A stretch of 64,000 bases of DNA from Bacillota bacterium (GTDB taxonomy: Bacteria > Bacillota > Sulfobacillia > JAJYWN01 > JAJZPE01): contig JAJZPE010000001.1 in the NCBI GenBank assembly GCA_021811325.1, forward strand, positions 9,049-73,048. Direction: 5' to 3'. The position numbers and the translations under genes were made by a program. Under the pieces are notes generated by a model. It had not been told where the DNA came from. It saw only the letters and a program-made list of their open reading frames with translations, and did not search any database. Below, one piece after another: positions 10,043 through 18,560 of this stretch (position 1 is its first letter; every line of letters begins with the position of its first letter).

Positions 10043-11108
10043 TCCGGGACATGCGGCGACGGCGGCTCTCAGCGGCCGCCGGGCCGGTTCCCATGTGATG
10101 TTCCAGCGGCTTGCGCCGCACGGCCAGGCGCAGGAGCCGCGCCAGTTCGTCGTCTCCGGCCCCCGACCGCAGCGCCCCGCGGAGGTCGATCTCCAGCGGC
10201 GAGGCCAGGCACGGGTTGACCTTCCCGTCGGCCGTCAGGCGCAGGCGGTTACAGCGGTCGCAGAAGTGCTCGGTGACCGCGTTGATGAGGCCGACGGTGG
10301 CCGGGCGGAGGCCCGCCACCGCCACGTCGGCCGCCGCCTCCGGCACCCGCGGCACCCAGCGGTAGCTCTCCGCCGGGCCCTTGCCCGGCGGTCCGTCGCC
10401 GTCCCCGTTCACCGGCACCAGTTCGCCGGCCCGGCTGAGGGCCTCGCGCACTTCCTCGCCGCCGACCTGCAGCCCCGAGGCCGTGCCGGCGCTCTCCCCG
10501 AGGGGCATCAGTTCGATGAAGCGGACGTGCACCGGGCCCAGGCCGGCGGCGAAGGGCCGCCTGGTCAGCCGGGCGAAGTCGACGACCTCGTCATCGTTGA
10601 CCCCACGCATCAGGACCACGTTGAGCTTGACCGGCTCCAGCCCGGCGCTCAGGGCCGCCCGGATGCCGGCCACAGTCTCGTCGAAGAGCGATCGGCGGGT
10701 GATGGCCTCGAAGCGTTCCGGCCGCAAGGTGTCGAGGCTGATGTTGACCCGCTTCAACCCGGCCACCTTGAGATCCCCGGCCAAGGGGGCGAGGAGGGTC
10801 CCGTTGGTCGTCAGGGACAGGTCCTCCAGCCCGTCAATCCGTCCCAGGGCGCGGACGAGGCCGAGGACATCCTTCCTGGCCAGGGGCTCACCGCCGGTCA
10901 ACCGGACTCCCTTGACCCCTAGCGAGACGGCCACCCGGACGATGCGCTCGAGCTCTTCGTAGGTCAGGATGTCGTTGTGGCCCTTCAGGGCCACGCCCTC
11001 CTCGGGCAGGCAATAGGTGCAACGGAGGTTGCAGCGGTCGGTGAGGGACACGCGGAGGTAGTCGATGTGGCGGCGGTGGCGGTCGTTGAGGGCTTGGCGG
11101 TCGGTCAT
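10032..11108 (-). CDS. moaA: GTP 3',8-cyclase MoaA (radical SAM)
   Basis: '[22 protein letters not shown]' radical-SAM CxxxCxxC plus C-terminal '[19 protein letters not shown]' second cluster; full MoaA length. Confidence 0.95.
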   Translation of the reverse strand: MTDRQALNDRHRRHIDYLRVSLTDRCNLRCTYCLPEEGVALKGHNDILTYEELERIVRVAVSLGVKGVRLTGGEPLARKDVLGLVRALGRIDGLEDLSLTTNGTLLAPLAGDLKVAGLKRVNISLDTLRPERFEAITRRSLFDETVAGIRAALSAGLEPVKLNVVLMRGVNDDEVVDFARLTRRPFAAGLGPVHVRFIELMPLGESAGTASGLQVGGEEVREALSRAGELVPVNGDGDGPPGKGPAESYRWVPRVPEAAADVAVAGLRPATVGLINAVTEHFCDRCNRLRLTADGKVNPCLASPLEIDLRGALRSGAGDDELARLLRLAVRRKPLEHHMGTGPAAAESRRRRMSRIGG

Positions 11109-11110
11109 GG

Positions 11111-13135
11111 TCAGAGCACCTCTTCCTCGCCGCTGGGCGACGGGTCATAGCCGCCCAGGGCGGCGACGGCCGAACGGAACTCGTCCGAGGCGACCACGGC
11201 GAGCAGCTTCCGCACCGGCTCGAGGTGGCGGTGTTCGGCCGGGATGGCCAGGTCATAGTCCTCGCGGGTGACGGGGACGAAGTCGAGCCCGAGGGCGCGG
11301 GCGGCGGCCAGGATGCCCAGGCCGGTGTCGACGGCCCCGCTGGCGACGGCGGCGGCCACGGTCAGGTGGGTGAACTCCTCCCGCTCGTAGCCGTCGATCG
11401 AACGCGGGTCGATGCCTTCGAGCTTCAGGTGGTAGTCGAGGAGGACCCGCGTGCCCGCCCCGCGCTGCCGGTTGACGAAGCGCACATCGGGCCGGGCGAG
11501 GTCGGCGAAACCCTTGATCCCCTTGGGGTTGCCGGGGGCGACCAGGAAGCCCTGGTCGCGCCGGACCAGGTGGACCAGGTGCACCGGGCGTCCGGGGAGG
11601 TACTTGCGGATGGCCGAGACGTTGTACCCGCCGGTCTCCTCATCGAGGAGGTGGACGCCGGCCAGGTGGGCCTCGCCGCGGCGAAGGGCCATCAACCCGC
11701 CGAAGCTGCCGGCGTGGGCCGACGACAGGTTCAGCTCCGGGTGACGGCGGCGCAGGAAGTCGGCCAGGAGGTCGAGGCACAGGTCGTGGCTGCCGATGGC
11801 GACGATGGTCCCCTCGATCTCGGCGCGGTCGCGCCACAGCTCAACCTCGACCTCGTCCCCTTCGGCCAGTCCCTCAACGAGGGGCGGGATGCGGACCACC
11901 CCGTCGGCGCGGACCAGGGACATGGTCACCCCGGCGCCGCGGGCGATGGGCGTGGCCACCAGCCTCTCGCCGACCCGGCCCAGCTTGACCCGGAGGAATT
12001 CGACGGCCCCGCTGGTCGACATGACCCGGCGGCTGATCGAGGCCTTCTCTTTCTGGTCGGCCGGCAGCGGGCGCCCCTGCAGGGCAAAGACGAGAGGCTT
12101 GACGAAGAGGTCGAAGGCGATGTAGGACGAGACCGGGTAGCCCGGGACGCCGACGACGGGCCTGCCCTGGGCGACCCCCAGGATGACCGGGCGGCCGGGC
12201 TTCATCGCCACCCCGTGGACGAGCACCCGCCCCAGTTGCCCGACGGCCCAGGCCGAGAAGTCCTCCGAGCCGGCCGAGGAGCCGGCGTTGAGGACGACCA
12301 CGTCGGCCGTCTCCAGGGCCTCATTGAGGGCGGCCTGGATGGCCTCGCGGCGGTCCGGGACGACGGGCCGGCGGACGGGCTCCCCGCCCCACTCCCGGAC
12401 CAGGGTGGCCTGGACGTACGAATTCGACTCAAGGATGTCGCCGGGCTTGAGGCTACCGGCGGACGGGCTGAAGGGGTCGACGATCTCGGTACCGGTCGGG
12501 ATGAGGGCCACGCGGGGGCGCCGCCGCACCTTGACCTCGGTCACCCCGGCGGCCAGAAGGGCCCCGATGTCCATCGCCCGGACCACGTGGTTGGCGGGCA
12601 GGACCAGTTCCGTGGCCACGATGTCCTCGCCCAGGCTGCGCACGTGCTGCCAGGGCGTGGCCGCCGCGGCGACCTCGATGAAAGCCGGCCGCCCGTCGTC
12701 GCCCTCCGGCCCGACGGGCTGGACGTCCTCGATCATGATGACCGCGTCGGTACCCGTGGGGAGTGGGTCGCCGGTATCCACCGGGAAGGCTTCGCGGCCC
12801 ACGGAGAGCCGGGCGGGGCGCGTCTCGCCGGCGCCGAACGTGGCTGCGGCCCTGACGGCGTAGCCGTCCATGGCTGAAGCGTGGTAGTGCGGGGCCGAGG
12901 TGCGGGCGAAGACGGCCTCGGCGAGCACGCGTCCGGCGGCCTCGGGGGTGGGCACGGCCTCGCCGGCGAGAGGTCCCCAGCCCGCCGCGCCGGCGGATGG
13001 CGGTCCGCCGGACCCCGGCTCTCCGGGCCCCGACCCGTCGAACGGCGGCTCGCGCAGGGCCGCGAGGAGTTTGGCGAGGGCTTTGTCGATGGGTATCTCT
13101 TGAAGGTAGATCTCACGCTTGTCCAACCGGCTCAC
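11111..13135 (-). CDS. moeA: molybdopterin molybdotransferase MoeA fused to a C-terminal PBP-like (periplasmic-binding-protein fold) domain
   Basis: The N-terminal ~400 aa are MoeA ('SAMDGYAVRAAATFGA...NAGSSAGSEDF...MKPGRPVILG'). The C-terminal ~270 aa ('IVAIGSHDLCLDLLADFL...FVNRQRGAGTRVLLD...ALGLDFVPV') resemble the PBP_like domain found on ModE-type and MoeA-type proteins. Confidence 0.85.
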   Translation of the reverse strand: MSRLDKREIYLQEIPIDKALAKLLAALREPPFDGSGPGEPGSGGPPSAGAAGWGPLAGEAVPTPEAAGRVLAEAVFARTSAPHYHASAMDGYAVRAAATFGAGETRPARLSVGREAFPVDTGDPLPTGTDAVIMIEDVQPVGPEGDDGRPAFIEVAAAATPWQHVRSLGEDIVATELVLPANHVVRAMDIGALLAAGVTEVKVRRRPRVALIPTGTEIVDPFSPSAGSLKPGDILESNSYVQATLVREWGGEPVRRPVVPDRREAIQAALNEALETADVVVLNAGSSAGSEDFSAWAVGQLGRVLVHGVAMKPGRPVILGVAQGRPVVGVPGYPVSSYIAFDLFVKPLVFALQGRPLPADQKEKASISRRVMSTSGAVEFLRVKLGRVGERLVATPIARGAGVTMSLVRADGVVRIPPLVEGLAEGDEVEVELWRDRAEIEGTIVAIGSHDLCLDLLADFLRRRHPELNLSSAHAGSFGGLMALRRGEAHLAGVHLLDEETGGYNVSAIRKYLPGRPVHLVHLVRRDQGFLVAPGNPKGIKGFADLARPDVRFVNRQRGAGTRVLLDYHLKLEGIDPRSIDGYEREEFTHLTVAAAVASGAVDTGLGILAAARALGLDFVPVTREDYDLAIPAEHRHLEPVRKLLAVVASDEFRSAVAALGGYDPSPSGEEEVL

Positions 13136-14376
13136 CTCCTGAAGGGCAGCACCTCGACCTCGTCGCCGGCCTGATAGCCCTGGCGTCCAAGGGGGACGCG
13201 CAGCAGCCCGTCGGCCTGGACGAGGGTGGTGATGAGCCCAGACTTGCCGGGCACGGGCACGGCCGCCGGGCCGTCGGGCCCGTCGACCAGGCGGACCCGG
13301 ACGTACTCCTCGCGCGCCGGCGAGGAGGCGACGTTCTGGGCCAGCCTGGCCCGGACGACGGCGGCCCGGCCGGTATCGGCGGGGAGGCCCATCAGGCGGC
13401 GGATGACCGGCCGGACGAAGAGGTCGAAGATGACCATGGCGCTGGCCGGATGGCCGGGCAGCCCGAAGACCGGGCGGGGCGGGTCGCCGGCGGCGAGGCC
13501 GAGGATGGTCGGCTTGCCCGGCTTGACGGCGACCCCGTGGACGATGACGCCGGGCGGCCCGACCGCGGCGATGACCCGGGCGGTGGCGTCGCGGGTGCCG
13601 ACCGAGCTGCCCCCGGAGATGACCGCGGCGTCGCCCGTCCCGGCCAGGGCCCCGCGGACGGCCGCCAGCAGCGCCTCGTAGTCGTCGCGGATGATGCCGA
13701 CGATGCGGGGGACGGCCCCGGTCTCCTCGACCATGGCCGCCAGGGCGTAGGCGTTGATGTCCCTTATCTCACCGGGGCCGGGGGTCCACTCCGGCGGGAT
13801 GATCTCGTCGCCGCTGGAGATGACGGCCACGGTCGGTCGGCGGTAGACCTCGATCGTCGTCCGGCCGATGCCGGCCAGGGCTCCGACCTCCTGAGCCCGG
13901 AGGAGCCGCCCCTTGCCCACCACTACGCCCCCGGCGGCCATGTCCTCGCCCCGGACGAGGACGTTGTCCCCGGGGGCCACCGGTCGCTGGGCGGCGACCG
14001 TCGTCGGGTCGAGGTCCTCGACGTACTCCAGCATGACCACGGCATCGGCGCCCTCGGGGAGCATGCCACCGGTGGGAATGCGGGCCGTCTGGCCGGGGCC
14101 GAGGGTCAGCCCGGCCGCCGCCCCCATGCGCACGTCGCCGATCACCGTCAGCAGGGCCGGCAGGGACTCCGAGGCCCCGAAGGTGTCGGCGGCCCGGACC
14201 GCGTAGCCGTCGACCGTTGAGCGGTCGAAGCCGGGCACGTCCGTCTCGGCCACGACGTCCCGGGCCAAGACCCGGCCGACGGAGGCGGTCAGGGGCACGG
14301 TCTCGGTCGGCGGCTCGAAGACGGGAAGATTTCTTGCGTAGAGGCCCGTCGCTTCGGCGACGGAGAGGAGCTTCAT
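13132..14376 (-). CDS. moeA: molybdopterin molybdotransferase MoeA paralogue (MoeA2)
   Basis: 'STVDGYAVRAADTFGASESLPA...ISGGSSVGTRDATARV...VKPGKPTILG' is the MoeA family. ATG at 14376 ('MKLLSVAEATGLYARNLPV') is the likely start; the table ORF begins at 14541. Confidence 0.88.
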   Translation of the reverse strand: MKLLSVAEATGLYARNLPVFEPPTETVPLTASVGRVLARDVVAETDVPGFDRSTVDGYAVRAADTFGASESLPALLTVIGDVRMGAAAGLTLGPGQTARIPTGGMLPEGADAVVMLEYVEDLDPTTVAAQRPVAPGDNVLVRGEDMAAGGVVVGKGRLLRAQEVGALAGIGRTTIEVYRRPTVAVISSGDEIIPPEWTPGPGEIRDINAYALAAMVEETGAVPRIVGIIRDDYEALLAAVRGALAGTGDAAVISGGSSVGTRDATARVIAAVGPPGVIVHGVAVKPGKPTILGLAAGDPPRPVFGLPGHPASAMVIFDLFVRPVIRRLMGLPADTGRAAVVRARLAQNVASSPAREEYVRVRLVDGPDGPAAVPVPGKSGLITTLVQADGLLRVPLGRQGYQAGDEVEVLPFRR

Positions 14377-14797
14377 CAACTCTGGCGGCGTGGAGACCCC
14401 CGGCTTCAGCCGTGGGGAGGAAACGCCGCCTGCCACCTCCTCAGGAAAGGCATTTTGGGGTAGATTAGAGGCACGGGGACCGAACGCGCGTTCCGGTATC
14501 GCTTCTATCCCCCCGGAGCAGGAAGCAATCCTGGCCCGCACCTTTCTGCGTTCGGTACGTCTATAACTGGGCCCTTGACCTTCGCAAACCGCTTGCCGGG
14601 AGCGCCAGAGGAGCCTCAGCTACGGTGATACCTCGGCGGCCCTGACGGCGTTGAAACGCCGGCCGGAGATCGCCTGGCTGAGCGAGGTCTCCTCCGTTCC
14701 CCTCCAGCAGAACGGTGACCATCTCGAAGGACCCAGCCGGTCGCTACTTCGTCTCCGTGGGGAGGAAGTCAACGGTCGGAAGTCCATGCCTCCGGTT

Positions 14798-15637
14798 CTA
14801 GAAGGTGGTCTCCCCGGCGACGAAGGCCCGGGCGGGCTCGGACGCCGGGCGCTCGAAGAAGACCGCCGCCGGGGCGTCCTCGACCAGCCGGCCTTCCGAC
14901 AGGAAGAGGACCCGGCCGGCCAGCCGCTTGGCCTGGAAGAGATTGTGGGTGATGAGGACGACGGTCCGCCCCTCGTCCCTTAGGGCTAGGACCAGCCGCT
15001 CGATGGCGGCGGCGCTGCCCGGGTCGAGGTTGGCCGTGGGTTCGTCGAGGAGGTAGACGTCGGGCCGGCAGGCCAGCGCTCGGGCCAGGGCCACGCGCTG
15101 GGATTCGCCCGACGACAGACCCTTGGCCGGCCGGTCGGCCAGGCCGGCCAGGCCCACAGCCTCAAGGCTTTCCTCGACCCGCCGGCGCCACTCGGGCGAA
15201 CCGACGGTCCAGCCCCGCAGGGTCAGCCCGTATCCGACGTTCCCGGCGACGCTGCCCTCGAAGAGGACGGGGCGCTGGAAGATGAGGGCCATCCGGCGCC
15301 GCAACCCCACCCGCAGGGCTTCGCCCGGGTCGCCCGCGGCCCGGTCGCCGTCCCCGTTCCCGTTCCCCGGCCACGGCCACGGCAGCCCGAAGACGCGGCC
15401 CCGGGCCGCGGTGGGCCGGTCGATCAGGCTCAGCAGGCGGAGCAGGGTCGTCTTCCCGGACCCGTTGGGGCCGAGGACGACGTTGACGACACCGCCGCCG
15501 ATGGCCAACGGCGCGGCGAGGGCTCCCCCGCCGGACTCACCGGCCAGGTCGAGGTCCAGGGCGAGCGGGCCGTGGCCGTAAGACCGGGCCAGCCGTTCGA
15601 TCTCGAAGGTGGGCGCCGGCGCCTCAGACGCTCTCAT
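14798..15637 (-). CDS. tupC: ABC transporter ATP-binding protein, tungstate/molybdate-type (TupC-like)
   Basis: Walker A 'GPNGSGKTTLLRLL', signature 'LSSGESQRVALARAL', Walker B 'LLDEPTANLD'; last gene of tupA-tupB-tupC-like block. Contains an unusual Gly/Asp-rich insertion 'PWPWPGNGNGDGDRAAGD'. Confidence 0.85.
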   Translation of the reverse strand: MRASEAPAPTFEIERLARSYGHGPLALDLDLAGESGGGALAAPLAIGGGVVNVVLGPNGSGKTTLLRLLSLIDRPTAARGRVFGLPWPWPGNGNGDGDRAAGDPGEALRVGLRRRMALIFQRPVLFEGSVAGNVGYGLTLRGWTVGSPEWRRRVEESLEAVGLAGLADRPAKGLSSGESQRVALARALACRPDVYLLDEPTANLDPGSAAAIERLVLALRDEGRTVVLITHNLFQAKRLAGRVLFLSEGRLVEDAPAAVFFERPASEPARAFVAGETTF

Positions 15638-16205
15638 CGAACTTCCCTCCGGCCATCGGGGTAACCCGACCGGCCAGCGCGTTGACGGCGAAGGCCAGGG
15701 TCAGCAGGACCAGCCCCAGGGCGATGGCCACGTCGAAATTCCCCTGTCGCGTCTCGAGGACGATGGCCGTCGTCATCACCCGCGTCTGCCCCTGGATGTT
15801 CCCACCCACCAGCATGACCGCGCCGACCTCGGCGATGGCCCGGCCGAAGGCGGCCATGACCGCCGCCCCGATGGCCCGCCGCGACTCGCCGACCACGGTC
15901 AGGTCGGCCTGCCAGCGGGTGGCCCCCAGGGCCAAGGCGGTGTCGCGGACGAGGCGGTCGCGCTCCCGGACGGCGGCCAGGCTCAGGCCCGCGACGATGG
16001 GCAGGACCAGCACGAACTGGACGATGACCATGGCCGCCGGGGTGAAGAGCAGGCGGGTCCGCCCGAACGGTCCCTGGCTCGACAAGAGCAGATAGACCAC
16101 GAGCCCGGCGAGGACCGGCGGCAGTCCCATGAAGGTGTAGGTCAGCCTGACCAGGAAGCCCCGCCCCCGGAAGGGACGGAAAGCCAGGAGGGCTCCGGCC
16201 GGCAC
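15624..16205 (-). CDS. tupB: ABC transporter permease, tungstate/molybdate-type (TupB/ModB-like); N-terminus probably extends upstream of the annotated GTG
   Basis: 'LPPVLAGLVVYLLL...FRGRGFLVRLTYTF...ALGATRWQ...' is a BPD_transp_1 permease, and 'GRAIAEVGAVMLVGGNIQG' is a ModB/TupB-like signature. The 147 nt between the tupA stop (16353) and the GTG at 16205 encode an in-frame TM helix (see findings). Confidence 0.85.
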   Translation of the reverse strand: MPAGALLAFRPFRGRGFLVRLTYTFMGLPPVLAGLVVYLLLSSQGPFGRTRLLFTPAAMVIVQFVLVLPIVAGLSLAAVRERDRLVRDTALALGATRWQADLTVVGESRRAIGAAVMAAFGRAIAEVGAVMLVGGNIQGQTRVMTTAIVLETRQGNFDVAIALGLVLLTLAFAVNALAGRVTPMAGGKFDESV

Positions 16206-16352
16206 GCCGACCAGCGCCCCCAGGACAACGGCCGTCCCGGAGACGACGATGGAGAGGAAGACGATCCAGTAGAGCTGGGGGTCGAACCTGACGATAAGGC
16301 TCAGGGCCTTGCCGACCCCGGCGGTGATGTCAGCCAGATGGCTCCCCGCCTT

Positions 16353-17204
16353 TCACTGGCCCTGCGGCCACGCGACGAACAGCGGCTGGCCGAAACGGTC
16401 ACGGCCGAAGTCGCCGATTATCTTCCGGCCCGCGGGCCCGGTGATGAAACGGATGAAGGCCTCAGCCCCCCGATGGTTGACGTTCGGGTGGGCCTCGGGG
16501 TTGACGGCGATGACCCCATACGGGTTGTAGAGGACCTTGTCCCCCTCGACCAATACCTCCAGCCTCAACCGGTCGCGGAGGGCCAAGTAGGTCGCCCGGT
16601 CGCTGAGGGTGTAGGCGCCCTTCTCGTTGGCCAGGCGGAGGGCCTCATCCATCCCCGCCCCCGCGCTCAGGTACCACGACCCGGCCGGCTTGATCTGGGC
16701 CACCGCCCAAACGTCGTTCTCCTTGACGTTGGTCCCGGACTTGTCCCCGCGCGAGATGAAGGGCGCCTTGGCCTGCGCGACCTTGGCGAAGGCGCCGGCC
16801 GCATCCTTCATCCCCTTGATCTTGGCCGGATCGGCCGCCGGCCCGACGATGACGAAGTCGTTGTACATCACGTCATGCCGGTCGATGCCCTGGCCGTCGG
16901 CGACGAACTGGTCCTCGAGCTTCCGCGCATGGACCAGGACGACATCGGCGTCACCGCGGCGGGCAACCTCGATGGACTGCCCGGTGCCCAGGGCCAGGAC
17001 CTTGACCTTGATCCCGCTGGCCTTCTCGAAGGCCGGTATGAGCACGTCCAGCAAACCCGAGTCCTGGGTGCTCGTGGTCGTCGCGAGGGTCAGGGTCCCG
17101 CCCGGCCGGGCGTAGCTCCGGTAGGCGATGAAGCCAAGGGATACGACGAGCACGAAGGCCACTGCCACCCAGACCAACACCCGGTTCCTCATTCCCTGTC
17201 GCAT
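16353..17204 (-). CDS. tupA: tungstate ABC transporter substrate-binding protein TupA-like
   Basis: N-terminal signal/TM 'VLVWVAVAFVLVVSLGF' then 'TLTLATTTSTQDSGLLDVLIPAFEKASGIKVKV', the TTTSTxDSGLL motif typical of TupA/WtpA-type tungstate-binding proteins. RBS GAGGGGGA. Confidence 0.85.
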   Translation of the reverse strand: MRQGMRNRVLVWVAVAFVLVVSLGFIAYRSYARPGGTLTLATTTSTQDSGLLDVLIPAFEKASGIKVKVLALGTGQSIEVARRGDADVVLVHARKLEDQFVADGQGIDRHDVMYNDFVIVGPAADPAKIKGMKDAAGAFAKVAQAKAPFISRGDKSGTNVKENDVWAVAQIKPAGSWYLSAGAGMDEALRLANEKGAYTLSDRATYLALRDRLRLEVLVEGDKVLYNPYGVIAVNPEAHPNVNHRGAEAFIRFITGPAGRKIIGDFGRDRFGQPLFVAWPQGQ

Positions 17205-17250
17205 GCGAATCCCCCTCTATGAGTGCGAGGGGCCGGGGCTCCGGCCCTAC

Positions 17251-17478
17251 CTACTTGAAACAGCCCAGCTGGCACCGGCTGATGCGGACGCCGACCCGGT
17301 CGGCCGCCTCACCCACGGCCAGGCGGGATATCTTGAACTCTTCGGCCACCTTGAACGCCACGGCGCAGGGCAGCTTATCATCCTCGGCCACCTCGCGGAC
17401 CCGCCGCTCAATCCGCTCATCCCGCTCCATCCTCGGCTCGGGCTTGCTCTCCCGGGCCCCGTCCTCACCCTGACTCAC
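17251..17478 (-). CDS. small (75 aa) hypothetical protein with HTH-like segment and C-terminal CxLGC motif; first gene of the tungstate-uptake operon
   Basis: GTG start with GGGAGGTG RBS; sequence 'ERIERRVREVAEDDKLPCAVAFKVAEEFKISRLAVGEAADRVGVRISRCQLGCFK'. High GC3 codon usage consistent with coding. A short GGCCGG/CCGGCC hairpin separates it from tupA. Confidence 0.6.
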   Translation of the reverse strand: MSQGEDGARESKPEPRMERDERIERRVREVAEDDKLPCAVAFKVAEEFKISRLAVGEAADRVGVRISRCQLGCFK

Positions 17479-17551
17479 GCGCGGTCACCTCCCTGGGAAA
17501 TGAAAAACCGGGACCCCGCGTGGATGCGAAGGCCCCGGTTGGGCGGCGTTA

Positions 17552-17585
17552 ATGGACACGCCTGGCGCGAATGGACACGCCTGCT
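17552..17585. promoter_or_regulatory. perfect 14-nt direct repeat AATGGACACGCCTG x2 (5-nt spacer), putative regulator-binding site upstream of the small HTH-like gene and tup operon
   Basis: Plus strand reads 'gttAATGGACACGCCTGgcgcgAATGGACACGCCTGctcc'. Repeat starts are 19 nt apart and sit ~75-105 nt upstream of the GTG at 17478. Confidence 0.55.
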
Positions 17586-17730
17586 CCAACCAACGGCTTC
17601 TCCTTTCCAAACGCGGGAGGCTTGCCGGTCGCCCGGCAGACCCTTTTCCCGCCTTCCGGCGGGCGACGGCCCGGGAACCTACGAGAGGCTCGAGGGCTCG
17701 GAGAGTAGCCTTTGTAATTCTACCCCCAGC

Positions 17731-18513
17731 CTATTTCCCCTTGAACTCGGCTTTCTTTTTCGACAGGAAAGCCTCCATTCCCTCCCGCTGGTCTTCGGTG
17801 GAGAAGCATTCCCCGAAGACGGCGGCTTCATAGGCCAGGCCGGATTGCAGGTCGACGTCGAGTCCCCGGTTGATGGCCGCCTTGGCCAGGCTCACGGCCA
17901 CCGGTCCCTTGGAGGCGATGAGGGCGGCCAGTTCCCTGACCTTGGCCAGGAGCTGGTCCGCCGGGACGACGGCGTCGACGAGGCCGATCTTCTCGGCCGA
18001 GGCCGCGTCGAGGGCGACCGCCGAGAAGATGAGCTCCTTGGCCTTGCCCCGGCCGACCAGGCGCGGCAGGCGCTGGGTCCCGCCGAACCCGGGGATTATC
18101 CCCAGGTTCACCTCGGGCTGGCCGATCTTGGCCTTCTCCGAGGCGATCCGGATGTCGCAGGCCATGGCCAGCTCGCAGCCGCCCCCGAGGGCGTACCCGT
18201 TGATGGCCGCGATGACCGGCTTCGGCGTGTTCTCGATGGCGGAGAACACCGATTGACCTAGGTTCGCGAACTCGCGCCCTTCGCGGACCGACATCTTGCT
18301 CATGGCGGCGATGTCGGCGCCGGCCACGAAGGCCTTCTCCCCGGCGCCGGTGATGATCATCACCCGCGCCTCGGGGTCGGCCTCGAACTCCCGGACCCCC
18401 GCGAGGAGTTCCTGCAGGACCCTGGCGTTCAAGGCGTTGAGGGCCGATTGGCGGTCGATTGTCAGGATGGTTACGGTGGCTTCTCTGGCGGTGTGGACGA
18501 ATTCCCCGTTCAC
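17731..18513 (-). CDS. crt: short-chain enoyl-CoA hydratase (crotonase)
   Basis: 'VTILTIDRQSALNALN...MIITGAGEKAFVAGADIAAM...AAINGYALGGGCELAMACDIRIAS' are crotonase-fold signature motifs. Confidence 0.92.
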   Translation of the reverse strand: MNGEFVHTAREATVTILTIDRQSALNALNARVLQELLAGVREFEADPEARVMIITGAGEKAFVAGADIAAMSKMSVREGREFANLGQSVFSAIENTPKPVIAAINGYALGGGCELAMACDIRIASEKAKIGQPEVNLGIIPGFGGTQRLPRLVGRGKAKELIFSAVALDAASAEKIGLVDAVVPADQLLAKVRELAALIASKGPVAVSLAKAAINRGLDVDLQSGLAYEAAVFGECFSTEDQREGMEAFLSKKKAEFKGK

Positions 18514-18560
18514 TGCGGTCGCTACCCCTTTCGGTGTCGCTCGGTCAGACGCGCGGTCGC

